Positions 1 through 12,745 of a DNA stretch of 64,000 nucleotides are shown here, one piece after another. The DNA is taken from NCBI GenBank assembly GCA_028023455.1, contig JAQFVV010000010.1, forward strand, positions 16,740,001-16,804,000, written 5' to 3'. Under the pieces are notes generated by a model. That model made no database searches. It was not told where the DNA came from and was given only the letters and a program-made list of their open reading frames with translations. The position numbers were made by a program, and so were the translations under genes. The DNA comes from Epiperipatus broadwayi. Lineage: Eukaryota > Animalia > Onychophora. Position 1 is the first letter of the stretch. Each line of letters begins with the position of its first letter.

Positions 1-1298
1 TCTGGCTTCATATTCTCTTATTTCTATTTGTTAAATAAGACTTAATTTAATCCTCGTTTATCCAAATGATTTTTGTCCTAGCTGTAACTTTATTTTTTTT
101 ATTTTTCAATCTTATTGGTTTTCTCGGTTTAGTTTTCAATTATATCTTTTATTATAAATCCTTTTCTCTTACGATGTGATTCAAACCCAATGTTTTGATT
201 ATTAACTTAATATAGCTAGAACTTTCCTTTTTTATTTTTCAATCTTACTGATGCTCTCACTTGTCCTAATATTTTAATTAAGTTTTCATTTATATCTCTT
301 GTCATAAAGCCAGTTTCCTACGATGTTTTCAAATCCATTTTTATTTGTGATATTTTAGTTTTTTAACAACATAATTAATTGCCTAAAGTTGTCTAATTCC
401 ATCTGAGTTTTAATTCCACATACATTTGCTATAGTTAATTAAAGATTTATTTTTAAATTTTCCTCCCAGCATACTGGTTTTAGATAATCTCAGCATTTAT
501 ATGTTCGACATTTCTTCATTTCCATTTATAAGCCATGCTTTTTTCATAATAGTAGCAATAAATTTTTTTCAAATGTTTCTCTCCTTTGTTAAATTTCTTT
601 TTACTGGCATTAATTTTCTAAATAGCCTGCTCTTTATTTTGGTCTATAAATAGCTCAAGTTATTTCCTTGCATAATGCTTCCTTAGTAACTGTTATTGTG
701 AACTTTTTCAGCATTCGTATTGGAAATTGTTCAACAGTGCTTTCATATATTCAATTAAATACATAACTTTTCTTATACTCCACTGCTAAATCATAACCCA
801 CCATATTCTCATATGCTGTCTTCTCCAAAATGTAATTTTGCAATATGTTGGGTCAGTTTAAAACTGAAATAATATCCTATTTATTTTTTGCTTCTCTATT
901 CATGTATTCCTCTAGTTTCTAGGGTTACAGAACTTTCAGAAAGATAATCAAGATCACAAATAAGTTACCTTAATGACTAAAAAACAAAACACCATGAGTT
1001 TCCTAAAAGAAAAATTTGACTACGATCCATAAATTTGTTATCATTTACTTTATACACTGAATTCTTTGTGTGTGAGCCTATCCCAATATTATTGCCTACT
1101 AATTTGACTCAATTCTGCTGTATCCACATCTGATTCTGTTAATAATTTTTGAATCCATGACTAGTAATTTTTTGTTCCATTAAATATTTTATGACTATTA
1201 ATACTGCGATTGCTAATTCAGAGCATATTAACAAATTTCGTCATTATAATAATAGAAAAAAGTTTCCGTTAATTAAAATTCACATATATAATGAAATG

Positions 1299-4283
1299 GG
1301 TGCAGAAAGGAGTTTGCTATTAACTGAAAGGAAACCCTTTGATTCCTTTTGGAGGCCTTAAAGGACCGAGTAAGGCAAATTCCTAATGTCCACTCCATAT
1401 GTTCTTGTTGTTGCAGCTGTTATTACTATGTGATTATTCATATAGTATAAGAACTTGGATGGGCTGCTCACCAACATGTATTAGCCAGCGTGGTGAGTTA
1501 ATTGGCTTTTTATCTCTAAGTTTAAGATCAAAAAACACCTGGACTTTCTTCTCAGTTGCCTGATAAGACAGAATGAATGTGTGTATGAATGAAAACATTT
1601 TTTCTAATAGATATATACAATCATGACAGACAAAAATAAATAATGCCCTTATTCCCAGGAGGCTGTAAAATCATCAGATAAAGCAGCGGTTGGTGGCTGA
1701 AGGCAAGAGGATGCCAAGAATCCTCAGATTGTGAACCCAGGCTGCTATTTGATGAATTTTTATTTAGATACTTATAATTGCAAATTACTTTCAAGTGAAG
1801 AAGATTGCAAGAATTGTCTTATATTAAATGAGACAGTATTGGAATTTGTGAAGTTAGAAGAAAAGATGAAGAGACAATAGATTTAAAAAGTGGATATATA
1901 CTCTACTACAAAGGTACAGATATTGGAAGGATTCATTATAAATAAAAAATGGAAGAACAACATTGTGGAGATTGATGGGAATGACGAGATTATTTATTCA
2001 ACTTAATTAATAGCAGATACCAAGTGCAGATAATTCAGGTTTATGCTCCAACAAATTCTTAAAATGATGAAGTAGTAGAAGATTTTTATATGAATGTACA
2101 AGAGGCTTTTGATCAGACCAAACAATATTTTAAAATTGTTATAGGAGACTTTAATAGTAGAATTGGTCCAAATGAAAAATGAAGGTGTTGCAGGTAAATT
2201 TGGTTATGGTAACAGAAATGAGAGAGGACATAGATTTATGGAGTTTAGAGACAAAGAAGAAGTTTATAGTATGAGTTCTTTTTTCGAGAAAAGTGTTAAA
2301 AGGAAATGGGCGTGAAAACAACCAAATGAAGGTACAACAGAATTGGATTATATTTTGATTAACAGAAAATACATATTTCAAAATTCAACACAGGAAGAGA
2401 TCATCGATTAGTAAGATGTAAGATACGTCGTGTTCATGCAAAACTAGAGAGACAAAAATTAAGAAAAACAATATTTACAGTGGTCGCTTTCAAGTAAAAA
2501 CTACAATAGAGATAGCTGGTAGAAAAAAACAGTAACTGACCAAAGAAATTTCTACCGAGACTGGAAAATTTATGAAGAAAAGAAGAAATATGAAGATATA
2601 TAAAAATGATGTATTAAGAAGAATTGAATATCTCGAATTTGTAAAATGGTATGAAAAAGAGTTGATAATGATATAAGAAAGTATAATTGTGAACTAGCAA
2701 GGAAATCTATACAAGAGAATAAAAGTCCCAAGAGTGTAAAACAACATTTTGATATTGGTAGAAAACTTAATATCTGCAATAAAAAAAAAAGATTTCTAAA
2801 AAGAGAGATGACAATATCTGCAATAAAAAAAAAAGATTTCTAAAAAGAGAGATGACAGCATGAAATGGGTAGAAGAGTTCTTGGGTAGAAGAGTTCTATC
2901 AAGAATTATATAGTAATAAAAAACAAGCACCTCCTACAACTATTATATCTTCTAAATTGCCCAGGATTTTAAATGAAGTAAGGCATGCAATTAAATTTAT
3001 GAAAAAGCGCCAGATAATGATGGAATTATAATTGATATATTAAAATAAACAGGTGAAAAAATAGAAATTTTTTTGACAAAATTATGTACCAAATGTCTAA
3101 ATGATAAAGATGTACCAGATGATTGGAAGAATGCAATATTAATATTAATATTTAAAAAAGGTGATAAAGAAGATATTAGAAATTACAGACCTATCAGCCT
3201 TTTATCAGTTTTATACAAAATTTTTACCAAGATAATTACAACTCATCTACAGAGAACATTGGATTTCCACCAACCAAGAGAACAACTAGATTTAAAAGTG
3301 GTTTTAGTACAGTAGATCATATCCAAGTATTGAGAGAAGTTATAGAAAAGACCAATGAATATGAATTGCCATTATGCTTTGGATTTGAAGATTATGAAGA
3401 GGTATTTGATTCTATAAGCATTTCTTCAGTGATTAAAGCATTAGATTAGCAATACTGCAAGAAGTATTTTATGGATTAAAATGGGAAGCCAAAGGAATAA
3501 AAGTAAATGGAGATTATTTAAGTCATTTAGATTTTGCAGATGATGTAATTGTTTTTGCAAATAATGCTTTAGAGCTTCAGGAAATGTTGCACAAAAGTTA
3601 TCAGATGAAAGTAAGAAAGTAGGATTAAAGATAAATGTTAAAAAGATTAACATAATGTTTAATGGATTTTCTCAAAAGATGAAAATAAAGATTGATTATG
3701 ATGAGTTAGAAAAGTTAAAAACTATAAATACCTTGGTCCGATTACTACTATAGATGGAAATATAATGGATGAAATTAATTATAGAATTAAACTTGGTTGG
3801 AGTGCTTTTGGTAGAAATAACTTAATACTAAAAGAAAATATACCTATGTATTTGAATACCAATTCTTACTTATGGATCTGAAACTTGGACACTTAATAGA
3901 AAAGCAATATAGAGATTTCAGACCACTCAAAGAATTATGGAGAGGTGCATGTTAGGAGGAACAAGAAGAGATCGAAAAACGCAATATATGGGTAAGAGAA
4001 CAGGCAGGTGCTTTTGACATCGTTGAAAGAATTAAAGGACTGAAGTGGAGTTCGGCTGAACATATTGCTAGAAGAGATGATAATAGATGAACAACTAAAA
4101 TCTTAAATTAGCTTCCAAGATATTGTAAAAGACTCGGAAAGATAACACATGTGAGATGGATGGATGAAATAAAAAAATGTGCAGGGGTGATGTGAAGAAG
4201 AGAGGCTAGAGATCAGAGGAGATGGATTGAACTAGGAAAGACCATTTTGCAGTGAATTGATAATGGTTCAATGGATGATGATC
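1299..4283 (+). mobile_element. Full-length, degenerate RTE-clade LINE (AP endonuclease + RT) in intron 1 of the F-box gene, antisense to it
   Basis: 13-bp TSD ATATAATGAAATG at 1286-1298 and 4284-4296. Broken frames give IIQVYAPT, CLNDKDVPDDWKNAILILIFKKGDKEDIRNYRPISLLSVLYKIFTKII (ORF 3073-3315), RFADD and YGSETWT. Ends in a (GAT)n tail. Confidence 0.92.
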
Positions 4284-5667
4284 ATATAATGAAATGATTG
4301 ATTACAATTATGGTATACATTACTTAAACTATTCAGGAATAACTGTTATTACATCTACTGACATATTAGTAAATTTTCTGAACCTGCAGGCTTACAAAAA
4401 ATAGAAATGAATAACCTTTATTTTTCAGCTACCAGTTTGTTTGTTTTTTTGATATTTTAGGGAAATTTAATTTGATAGTTTTTGCTAGTTCTCTGAAAAT
4501 ACTGACAAAAAAAGCACCTTACCTTTCTAAAATGTTTTATTTTTCTTAATTAATTCTTCCTAAACAATCATTTTTTATTTATCTGGATTATATTGTTCAT
4601 AATAAATTAATCCAGTTGTTGTTTAATTTAGCAACTTTCTTAAGTGATAATCTGTTAATCCGTTTTTCCATAACTTGTTTTTTTTTTTTTTTCAAAAGAA
4701 ATTTCAATTAGCACACATCTTATATGTATTTTATTTGTATTATATTTGCAAAAGTATTGGATTAATTTGTCAAGAATAAAACATTCCATATGTACAAAAA
4801 GTGATTAAGTAAAAATAATTAAATCAAGAGTAAAAACACTTTAGAAAAGATAACCTTTGGTTTGGATTTTCGGAGAAGACTAGGAAAAAATGTCCCAGTT
4901 AAGAATATTAATTCAATTTATTTGAAAATAAAAACCACCGGCAGGCAAATATGATTCCTTCGAATTATAATAAAAATTGAAATTTTATTTTACACAATAT
5001 TCTGAAAATGGGGAGAACAAAAAAAAAGGTTAAGCTTTTTTTTTTTTTGACCTAATATAAATCCTTTATTACTCTATAAATGGAATAAAGGCTTACGGTT
5101 ATACAAGAAATTCGGCCATTTTGTGATTCAAAAACAGGAAAATATATTAAAGGGATACAAATTAATACGATGTGAAAAATTTAATCATATATGATCTAGA
5201 TAATATGTTTAATAGTAGAGTATATCGTAAAAAAGAAAATTTTAATTTAGATGCAATAAATCTACACATACTCGAAAACATACATACACGTATGTGAATG
5301 TAAAAGACGATCAATTTAAGAAGATGCTAATACTTTTAAATAGAAAAATATTATATGATGGTATTATTATTGACAATATTAAAACAATTGATACAAATAG
5401 TTAATTATCACCTTTTTTTAACACTATATATATATTTCTTAATATCAAATAGAGAATAGTTACAAAGCAAAAACGATAGAGATAAAAATTATTGTACTAA
5501 AATAATTAAGAAGAAAAAATTAAACAATTCATTAAGTAACAATATAAATAAGGAAAATGCTTTTTTTTAAAAAAAAAAAAAAAATCACATATAATTACTA
5601 ATAATTCCTTACATAAATAGTGAAAATAAACAAAATATAAAATATATTAACGCAGTTGCAAACTCAC

Positions 5668-5766
5668 GAGTCTGAGATGACTAAGTTCATCATACGAAAA
5701 ATACATAAGAATTCTTTCAAACACTTCTATGGGCAAAGAGAGCAAGTCAAGCTCACGATGCGCCAT
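5668..5766 (-). CDS. FBXO28: First coding exon of an F-box protein, FBXO28/pallbearer-like (33 aa; gene continues leftward)
   Basis: ATG at 5766 in GAAAATGG context. Translation MAHRELDLLSLPIEVFERILMYFSYDELSHLRL is followed by a canonical GTGAGT donor (5667-5662). The F-box pattern LP..V.E.IL...SYDE.S.LRL matches FBXO28 as recalled. Confidence 0.85.
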
Positions 5767-5900
5767 TTTCTACGAGTGAAAATTATATACTGTACTGCAC
5801 TGTATATTTTTTTATTATGAAATTTAGCGACCTCTATAAAAAAATTTATGAAATAGTTATGACGTCATTTTTATTTTTTTTTACCTACGAATAATTAAAT
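5767..5900 (-). promoter_or_regulatory. Probable 5'UTR/proximal promoter of the F-box gene, with a CRE palindrome
   Basis: CpG-containing patch immediately upstream of the ATG. Perfect TGACGTCA at 5860-5867. TSS not determinable from sequence. Confidence 0.4.
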
Positions 5901-6049
5901 AGTGTACTCCAAGTTTGTTTAATAACAGTTCCATGTCTTATCTATGCTTAATATTTGTATAAAGATTAAATTAATAAATAAACAAGAATAAATATATATG
6001 TAACTAATCTGCTCGAAAATATGGAAGAGTGACAGGAGTATTTGAGATA

Positions 6050-7700
6050 CTTGATCAATTCAGCATATTATTGAACATGAATAAGAATATTTGGAATGTA
6101 AGAAAATTAACATTTTTAGAACACTTACTTTTGATAATGGGAAAGTTTATGCGAGAGTGAAGGCATTAGCCAAATGCTGTGTCTGTAGCCAAAAATTACT
6201 GCTGGCATCGAGTTTTTCCAAAAATTGAATGGACTGCCAATTCTTTCCAGATTTTTGAAAAAATTATATATATTATGGCTCCATTCTATCCAATTATGAC
6301 AATATGTTCAAGTTGGCCTTTTTAAGAATCACATATTTGTTATAATTATTGGTGCATATTTTTGATGAGAAGAATGTTGCATAATGTGAAATCTGATTTC
6401 AGAGGAAAACATCAATAAGATTAAATTAATTTTCTCTATACATATTTATCCCAAGACTCTATTACTCAGAATTACATCAGTGGAGTTTGAAGCGTATTTG
6501 GGAGAGTAGGGGGAATATGCATATGCCATTTATCATCTTGAATCCGTTATGTTGATGGAAATTACAGTTAATCAACTTAAACAATATTTAAAAAACACAA
6601 AATCTTCAACATATACGAAGCAATACATATTTATGTTTTAATTAAAGAGAAAAAAAAATTAATACTGTAGGGAATATGTAATGAATAAGCAATTTCCACA
6701 TGAATATGTAGATAATAAAGCAACAAAATTAAATATAAAGGCAATATTTATTTAACTGCCACATCAGGCTTTTGATAAAGAGTATTTTTGTCAAAGCATG
6801 ACTGATATCGGAGATTAGCAAGTAAGTGTTGGCATTCCCAATTGTATATAAAGATGAGTTAAAGTGGTCATAAATTTTAAGAAATTTGCATGTGTAAATA
6901 CACGTGTGTGTAAATCATGCAATCAAATTAAACAACTAGTATTTACTAAGAGAAATGCTATTGGTCTTTATAGTAATCACATTTACAAAATTTATAATAT
7001 ATCAAGTATCTTTAACTTTTTGTTTTTTGTTATTGCTCTTGAGAAGAACAATTTTAGGATCAGCACGTTTAAAAGAGGGGCCAGTATTCTTTTCACGGTC
7101 AACAAATACTGAACTATAAGAAGTGGTGGACTTGGCTATATTATACAAGTGAACATGTTAAGAAATTCTAGATTCAAATTAGCATGAGTTTCATCATACT
7201 ATCTGTTGTAATGGCAACCAGAAAGCCATCAGCTGAAATGCTGCTAGATAGAATGCTGAAAATCAAACAAATTTCTGATGTTGCTGCATCAGAATATAAA
7301 TTGGCGAATCACAAAAATCTAAACTTTGTTATAAAGGGAAAGTATATGGGTTAGGCACAACTTGAATAAGAGATTAATTTAGAGAATAATTACTGAGTTG
7401 CTATCATGACAAAGAATACTAATGAAAATGGAAGAGAAAAAATATATAAAAGCATGTAAACCATCTACATCACCATAATTTAAGAAGCACAGGCATATTA
7501 AAATCAAATAGTAAGCAGAGAGAACTTGGTAATTAAATTGGAACCTGATAAATATTTGAAAACTGATACAAATGAAATGTAGGAAGAGTAATTAGAAGCA
7601 GAAATGTGGGAACATTGAAGCAAATAAGTGATAAAAGTGAAGAATAACAGATGCAATAATATCATTCTCTCAACAAATAATCTTCCAGAAAAACTAGAAT
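6050..7700 (+). mobile_element. Highly degenerate Ty3/Gypsy pol remnant
   Basis: Broken-frame RT/RNaseH-like words (LTFLEH, AYFD), integrase zinc-finger-like VCKSCNQ (ORF 6864-7112) and a RKPSAEMLLDR-like motif near 7220. Confidence 0.5.
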
Positions 7701-7704
7701 TAAA

Positions 7705-8095
7705 AGCAGAACTCTCCATACAGTAGTGCCATTCAGTGCAAACCAGAGTAATCAATGGATGTCAGAAGACTTATGCATAAAATCCCTATCTAGTGCCTAC
7801 TCATCCAATATCCCCAGACTAGTTTCTAGCTTGTTGCTTTCATCAGTGAGGAGCTTTGGATCTGGCTCCTCACTGATGAAAGCCACAAGCTAGAAACTAG
7901 TCAGGATAAACAAAGCAAAACTCTCCATATGAGTAGGCACTAGATAGGGATTTTATGCACAAGCCTTCTGGCATCCATTGATTACTATGGTTTGCACTGA
8001 GTGGCAATACGTATGGAGAGTTTTGCCTGTTTTGATAACAGTTATGAACAAGCATAAGAAATGGTGATTGTGTGATATTTAATGGTTTAAAAGCT
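7705..8095. repeat. Family-A hammerhead-bearing repeat, rearranged fold-back locus
   Basis: A reverse copy (7705-7860), a head-to-head ribozyme core (7864-7902) and a forward copy (7930-8095) of the unit also seen at 10.9, 11.9-12.7 and 47.3 kb. Confidence 0.9.
7811..7852 (-). ncRNA. Minimal type-I hammerhead ribozyme (family A, best-preserved copy)
   Basis: Minus strand reads UCCUCA-CUGAUGA-A-AGC-AACAA-GCU-A-GAAA-CUAG-UC-UGGGGA: 6-bp stem I, intact core, palindromic ACUAGU stem III, GUC cleavage triplet. Confidence 0.75.
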
Positions 8096-9502
8096 AGAGT
8101 TATCAACCTCCAAAGCATTCTAAAGAATTATATGCTAATGTTAGCTCAAAGATTCTAGTTATCTGAAGCATGGAGAGAAGTATTACATAATCACAACTAA
8201 TCAAAAGTACAACTTATTTAATAAACTGAGTTTATTATTTTATGTAATTAATTAAAATTGTTGTTGAAATAAACAACAAGATTAAAATGCAACTAATTAA
8301 AGGATTTATTTCAAAGAACAATACATTAGGAAATAAATAGAAGGTAAAATAATAAGCAAGTACTTTTACTTTACCAAGTATATTTATATACTATTGAATA
8401 ACTAATTTGCTTTCATTATTATTAGAATTTGATAAACTGAAAAACAAGATCTGGTTCTGAGACGTGAAAATATGTCCAGAGTCTCAAATAAAGATCATAT
8501 TGATTTATTTTTGATGATTTTTATAAATCTCTGGTCTGTGGATGAGATTAAGTTTTAATTATAAGTAATGTATAATGAAATGGAAAATGGACTGAACCAC
8601 AGCTTAGACCATAAAATTTATATGTGATAATAAATGGACATATGTTTATGGAGGCAGAATTGTTCTATACATTGGATGCACTAATTTTATGTAATGGAAG
8701 TACAGACGAGAATATCATGCTGGATATTTCACTTTTATATAATAATGAATGGTAGATCTATTGGCTATTAAATGGGAAGGAGAATCTGTGTGGAAGTTCA
8801 AACTTAGATCCTAGGATAAGAAGCAAATTGAGTTTAAGGAAGTAAGCATAATGAGCAATGTTAATGTGATCTTTCCTATAAATTTATTTATTCTCTTTTT
8901 AATGGGATTATTTTGTGATATAACTCATGGTGATTTTCTATGAGGTTATCTGTGCTCTGAGATAATTTTCTCAGAGAAAGCATAATAAAGTTGTATGTAT
9001 ATATAAGGATAGCAGTTTGCATTTACTGGAGCTACATAGTAATAATTATTAAAGAAATTCACTTAAGAATATCAATTAATTATAAAATTATACAAAAATA
9101 TTAATTGATAGAACATATAGTGAAATACTGATTGGTCTGTCAACTTGACGTCCACTAGCCACCAAGAAATAAACTTCAGATCCCCAGATTAATATATGTC
9201 TAACATTTTGGATTAACAACACATCAAAAGAATTAATTAGATATACATTTAAATATTTACTATCCATTTACCTTTATAATATCCCATATTGATATATTTA
9301 TACACATCCCTTATTCTTTAATAATTAAATCCAGATTCTTAACACCTCTGGCACATTTATTTTTTAACATACCCCCATCGTATTATGCCCACTTGAAACT
9401 TAAGAGCAAATTAATAACTACTGCTATAATTATAGAAGATAATTTTTAAATATTAAGTAACAAAATGTAGTTGAAAAAATCAACAACAACAAAATAAACA
9501 AT

Positions 9503-9630
9503 TACTAGCCGAGAGGTCATCGCAACTCCCTTGCAAGCAAGTAGTTGTTTGCAGACGGTTGTGGGTTCGCGTCCTGGCCGATGCCATGACATATGAAAAA
9601 AAAAACTGAAAAAAAAAAAACAAAAAAACA
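9503..9630 (+). mobile_element. tRNA-derived SINE copy (5'-truncated)
   Basis: A-box-like TAGCCGAGAGG, B-box-like GGTTCGCGTCC and an A-rich tail. Homologous to 48858 and 62457. Confidence 0.8.
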
Positions 9631-10939
9631 ATAGCAACCATTATTACTGCATAAGTTATAATTCTATTTAAGTAGAAAATCCCTTTCCATTTATTAACAA
9701 CCAAAGAAAATTATTTGGCATCTAGTTTTTTAAAATAAATTATCAATAAAAAAATAGCTATAAAGCTTTAAAAAAAATGACTCGGATTTTTTTTGATTAA
9801 AACGTGAAAAGATCACTTTTAATTATTTGTAATATTAGCAGAGCAAACATTGACAGTTTTAATTTTACTTGTATTTTACAGTTTATTCATTCACTTTATA
9901 ACCATGAACATCACAATAAATTGCATAAATTTGATATGGGAAAATATATCTGTAAGAGGATAAAGGAATTTCTCAATTTCTGTTATATATACTAAAATCT
10001 CTAGAAACACATTCTTTTCGACAATAAAAAAACTGTTTCTCTATTATACAATAGACTCAAGCCCTGATTTAAACATGATCAGTGAGAGTTGGTGTATATA
10101 CAAATATACTCTAAACTTAAGTGATTCATTTAAGGTTTTAAACTCTTACTGGCAGGCGATAGCGCATTATCGGACATTGACTTCCACTTTAATAACTATT
10201 ACATATAAGTAACAACTAAATTCTTGAGGGATACTTGATTCAATGGCTTATTAAAGGAATTCCAGCTTTAAGAAAATTGAGACAAACACTGCTTGATGGA
10301 ACAATTGCATATATATATATCCAACTCCAATCTTTATTAAAACACAATAATAAATATGTATTCAGATTTTAAAGTATAATTTTTAAAAAATTGGATTCTC
10401 ATCTCAAATAGTTAGATCACACAGGCAAATAAAATAATGTAGATGGATGGATTTATATAACATATGCTTTAGTTAACGTACATATTTTAAAGAAAATGAT
10501 TAAAAAAAATTTTTTAAAACAATAATATTTTTTACGAATCTTTTGTATCTGTTCATGCACATTTTCTATAGCATTTAAAATCTTTATATATATAAATGAA
10601 ATATTATCCGGGTAGTTGTATTTTTATATTGGACTATTTCCATCATCTAATATGCGTATTAAATGTCTTTAGAAAAATAGTCCAATAAAAAATACAACCA
10701 GAACACCATCATCACAAACCTTCAGGAAAACATTATCGGGTAGATCCAACTGGGTAACAAATCTTTATAGAAGTGCTGTAAACACTGATGTACAACAATA
10801 GCGAACATTCTTTAAATAGAAAATAGAAATAATTATTATGACAAATTATTTAGATTATTGACATCATGTTTATTCTCTGATCTGACTTTGTTGAAGAGAG
10901 TCATATCTGAATAGTATATGACTTGTATCCATAGTATGT

Positions 10940-11135
10940 TAAAACAGGCAAAACTCACTATATGTATTGCCACACACAACAAGCTACAGTAATCGACGGA
11001 TGCCAGAAGGCTTGTGCATAAAATCCCATCTAGTGCCTACTCATCCAATATCCCCAGACTAATTTCTGTCTTGTGGCCTTCGTCATAACAGTTATACACA
11101 AGCATAAGAGGTGGTGGTCATAATGATGTTTATCT
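10940..11135. repeat. Family-A repeat fragment with degenerate hammerhead core
   Basis: Matches the 7705/11895 unit (GGATGCCAGAAGGCTTGTGCATAAAATCCC..). Minus-strand core reads AUGACGA...GAAAUUAGUC. Confidence 0.85.
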
Positions 11136-11339
11136 GTAGTATGGAAAGATAATTGCAGATGATGATGAGTATTTTTTAATGGCATTAATATGTTCATCTT
11201 TTCTAACAAATTTCGAAGATGAAACAAATCATATAAACAATGTTTTATTAGCTAATGGCTGTAATAATAAAATACACAGCCTTAATTCAAACCCTAAACA
11301 ATCAAAATAAAAAAAACAAAAAGAAACAATTATTAGAGT

Positions 11340-11760
11340 TTGTATTCCTTATATAAAAGGAACCACAGATAATATTGGACATATTCTAAGACATTATAAT
11401 ATAAAGACACCACATACCACATCAAATTAATAGCATTATAACCAAGCCTAAATACTCAATCCCTCTTTAGCTCATGGAGTTTATGAAATTCCATGTCACA
11501 TTTGTAAGCTTCCTATATAGGCATGAGTAATCAATGCTAGAAAAGATGAACATATTAATGAAGTTAAAAACACTCATCATCAGCAGCATGATCTCTTTAT
11601 GCTATAGATACAGGTCATAGTATTGATTTTTCTAATATGAGAATACTATCCAGATGTGACACTCTCAAATTACATCGGATCAGAGAAGCCATTGAAATCT
11701 TTAAAAGGCTAGATTGTATCAACAAATGTAATGATGTATACAAATTACTTTCTATTTAGA
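11340..11760 (+). mobile_element. Penelope-like element, C-terminal GIY-YIG endonuclease remnant
   Basis: Broken frames give IPYIKGTTDNIGHILRHYN, GVYEIPCHICK, TGHSIDFS and RIREAIEI, all typical PLE C-terminal motifs. Confidence 0.85.
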
Positions 11761-11894
11761 AACATTTTTTTAAAACTCATTAATCTAAATAATTTCTGAT
11801 ATTTATTATTTCTGTTTTCTGTTGATAGAATGTTCATTATTATTATAAATCAATACTTGCAGCACCTTTACAATTACTTTATGAAATTTGTTAT

Positions 11895-12745
11895 TCAAAC
11901 AGGCAAAACTCTCCATACAGTAGTGCCACTCAGTGCCAACCAGAGTAATCAATGGATGCCAGAAGGCTTGTGCATAAAGTCCCTATCTAGTGCCTACTCA
12001 TCCAATATCGCCAGACTAGTTTCTGGCTTGTGGCCTTCATTAGTGAGGAGCTTTGTAACTGAGAGCACTGCACTTAGATCTTAGGATCTAATGCAACCCT
12101 CCAGCAGCCACCTTTTATCTCTACTTAAATACAAAACTATGTGAATAAAATTGAAAATACAATATTTTCAAACTAAGCTTAATAACTAGTCTGTCTGGGG
12201 ATTTGGATGAGTAGGCACTAGACAGGGATTTTATGCACAAGCCTTCTGGAATCCATTGATTATTCTGGCTGGCATTGAGTGGCACTACTGTATGGAGATT
12301 TTTGCTTGTTTTCATAACAGAAATGTTCTAGCATAAGAAATAGTGAAAATGTGATGTTTAGTGGTTTAACACCAATCCTGCGTAATAGGATAGTGGTGGC
12401 TATGATTGTTAAAAAGCCAAAGACACCAAAATGTATGGGTACTGAACTGGATTCAGTCCCATATGACTATATAAGCTATTGAGCTTAGGTTGAAAATATT
12501 ATTGCGTTTTCAATTTTATTCTCATAGTTACATAGAGATGAAAGGTGGCTGCTGGAGGGTTGCATTAAATCCTAAGATTTATGTGCAATGCTCTCAGATC
12601 CAAAGCTCCTCTCACTGATGAAGGCCACAAGCCAGAAACTAATCTGGCATCCATTGATTACTCTAGTTGGCACATGGAGAGTTTTACCTGTTTTAATAAC
12701 AGTAATGTGATAGCATAAGAAATAGTGATCATGTGATGTTTAGTA
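11895..12745. repeat. Family-A complex inverted locus with two mutated hammerhead cores
   Basis: 11895-12190 is inverted relative to 12480-12745, with an extra forward fragment at 12186-12370. Cores at 12008-12049 (-, CUAAUGA) and 12609-12647 (+, CUAAUC). Confidence 0.9.

Noticed and set aside
1299-1420. HDV-like ribozyme in the RTE 5'UTR (AGGAA/UUCCU pairing, UUCCUC loop-like word)
   Set aside because: I could not fit the P1/P3/P1.1 nested pseudoknot by eye in either copy. It needs a descriptor search, so it is not claimed.
2769-2897. 44-bp and 15-bp tandem duplications
   Set aside because: Local slippage within the dead RTE copy, with no independent significance.
4300-4410. Candidate exon 2 of the F-box gene (CCTGCAG acceptor on the minus strand)
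   Set aside because: The required phase-0 frame stops after five codons and has no FBXO28 similarity.
9503-9600. tRNA gene
   Set aside because: No acceptor stem or cloverleaf. The poly-A tail and the TSDs in sister copies indicate a SINE.
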